NCBI GenBank assembly: GCA_965372835.1
Contig: CBDVDV010000003.1
Location: forward strand, 71-64,070
Length of the DNA: 64,000 bases
Source of the DNA: an uncultured bacterium
Lineage (GTDB): Bacteria; Planctomycetota; DG-23; CBDVDV01
Direction of reading: 5' to 3'
Position numbers and translations under genes: made by a program. Shown here one piece after another: positions 63,991-64,000 of this stretch (the first letter of the stretch is position 1; the number at the start of each line of letters is the position of its first letter). The notes beneath the pieces were generated by a model. That model saw nothing but the letters and a program-made list of their open reading frames with translations, ran no database searches and had not been told where the DNA came from.

Positions 63991-64000
63991 GTCGAGGTGG

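Overview
This is a high-GC (about 65%) chromosomal segment that is almost entirely coding, with very long spurious antisense ORFs typical of GC-rich DNA. A DUF1559 protein with a prepilin-type N-terminal methylation motif points to a Planctomycetota-like bacterium. The coding content breaks into four blocks. First (1-12.9 kb, minus strand) is a roughly 12 kb co-directional array of 11 tandem paralogous secreted proteins. Each has a signal peptide followed by a strikingly conserved N-terminal module (FAQEGSA...LPEGPGLAAKYPGD-GIE-D...V-FVENFE) and a more divergent beta-rich core with Tyr/His/Arg/Trp-rich motifs ending in YIGP. The array is interrupted by one carbon-nitrogen hydrolase and followed by a truncated Gfo/Idh/MocA oxidoreductase. 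Second, divergently transcribed from the array, sit an anSME-like radical SAM/SPASM enzyme, an Eis-like GNAT and a TldD/PmbA protease pair. Third (31.7-45.1 kb, minus strand) is a discrete type II FAS/PKS-like biosynthetic cluster. It has two KS, ACP, FabG, two FabZ-like dehydratases, a B12-binding radical SAM, a GH3-family adenylating enzyme, two SAM methyltransferases, an aminotransferase, an alpha/beta hydrolase and a DUF362 Fe-S protein. It is flanked by two paralogous secreted proteins and an enolase-superfamily enzyme. Fourth are housekeeping and accessory genes (nadD, a translationally coupled larC-DUF1638-GT2 operon, tRNA-Gly-tig-clpP, creatininase, PreT/PreA-like oxidoreductases, Gfo/Idh/MocA dehydrogenases) and secreted hydrolases. 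The non-coding signals I could read directly are a sigma70-like promoter plus operator-like palindrome and a perfect 14-bp-stem intrinsic terminator around the DUF1559 gene, a second terminator at 23.4 kb, a 22-nt hairpin element present twice in opposite orientation (46.3 and 49.4 kb), and a complex nested palindrome between clpP and the creatininase gene. I found no CRISPR, rRNA, IS or phage genes. Coordinates I derived by hand (RNA, terminators, repeats, corrected starts) are approximate to a few nt; where they exist, ORF-track coordinates are used.
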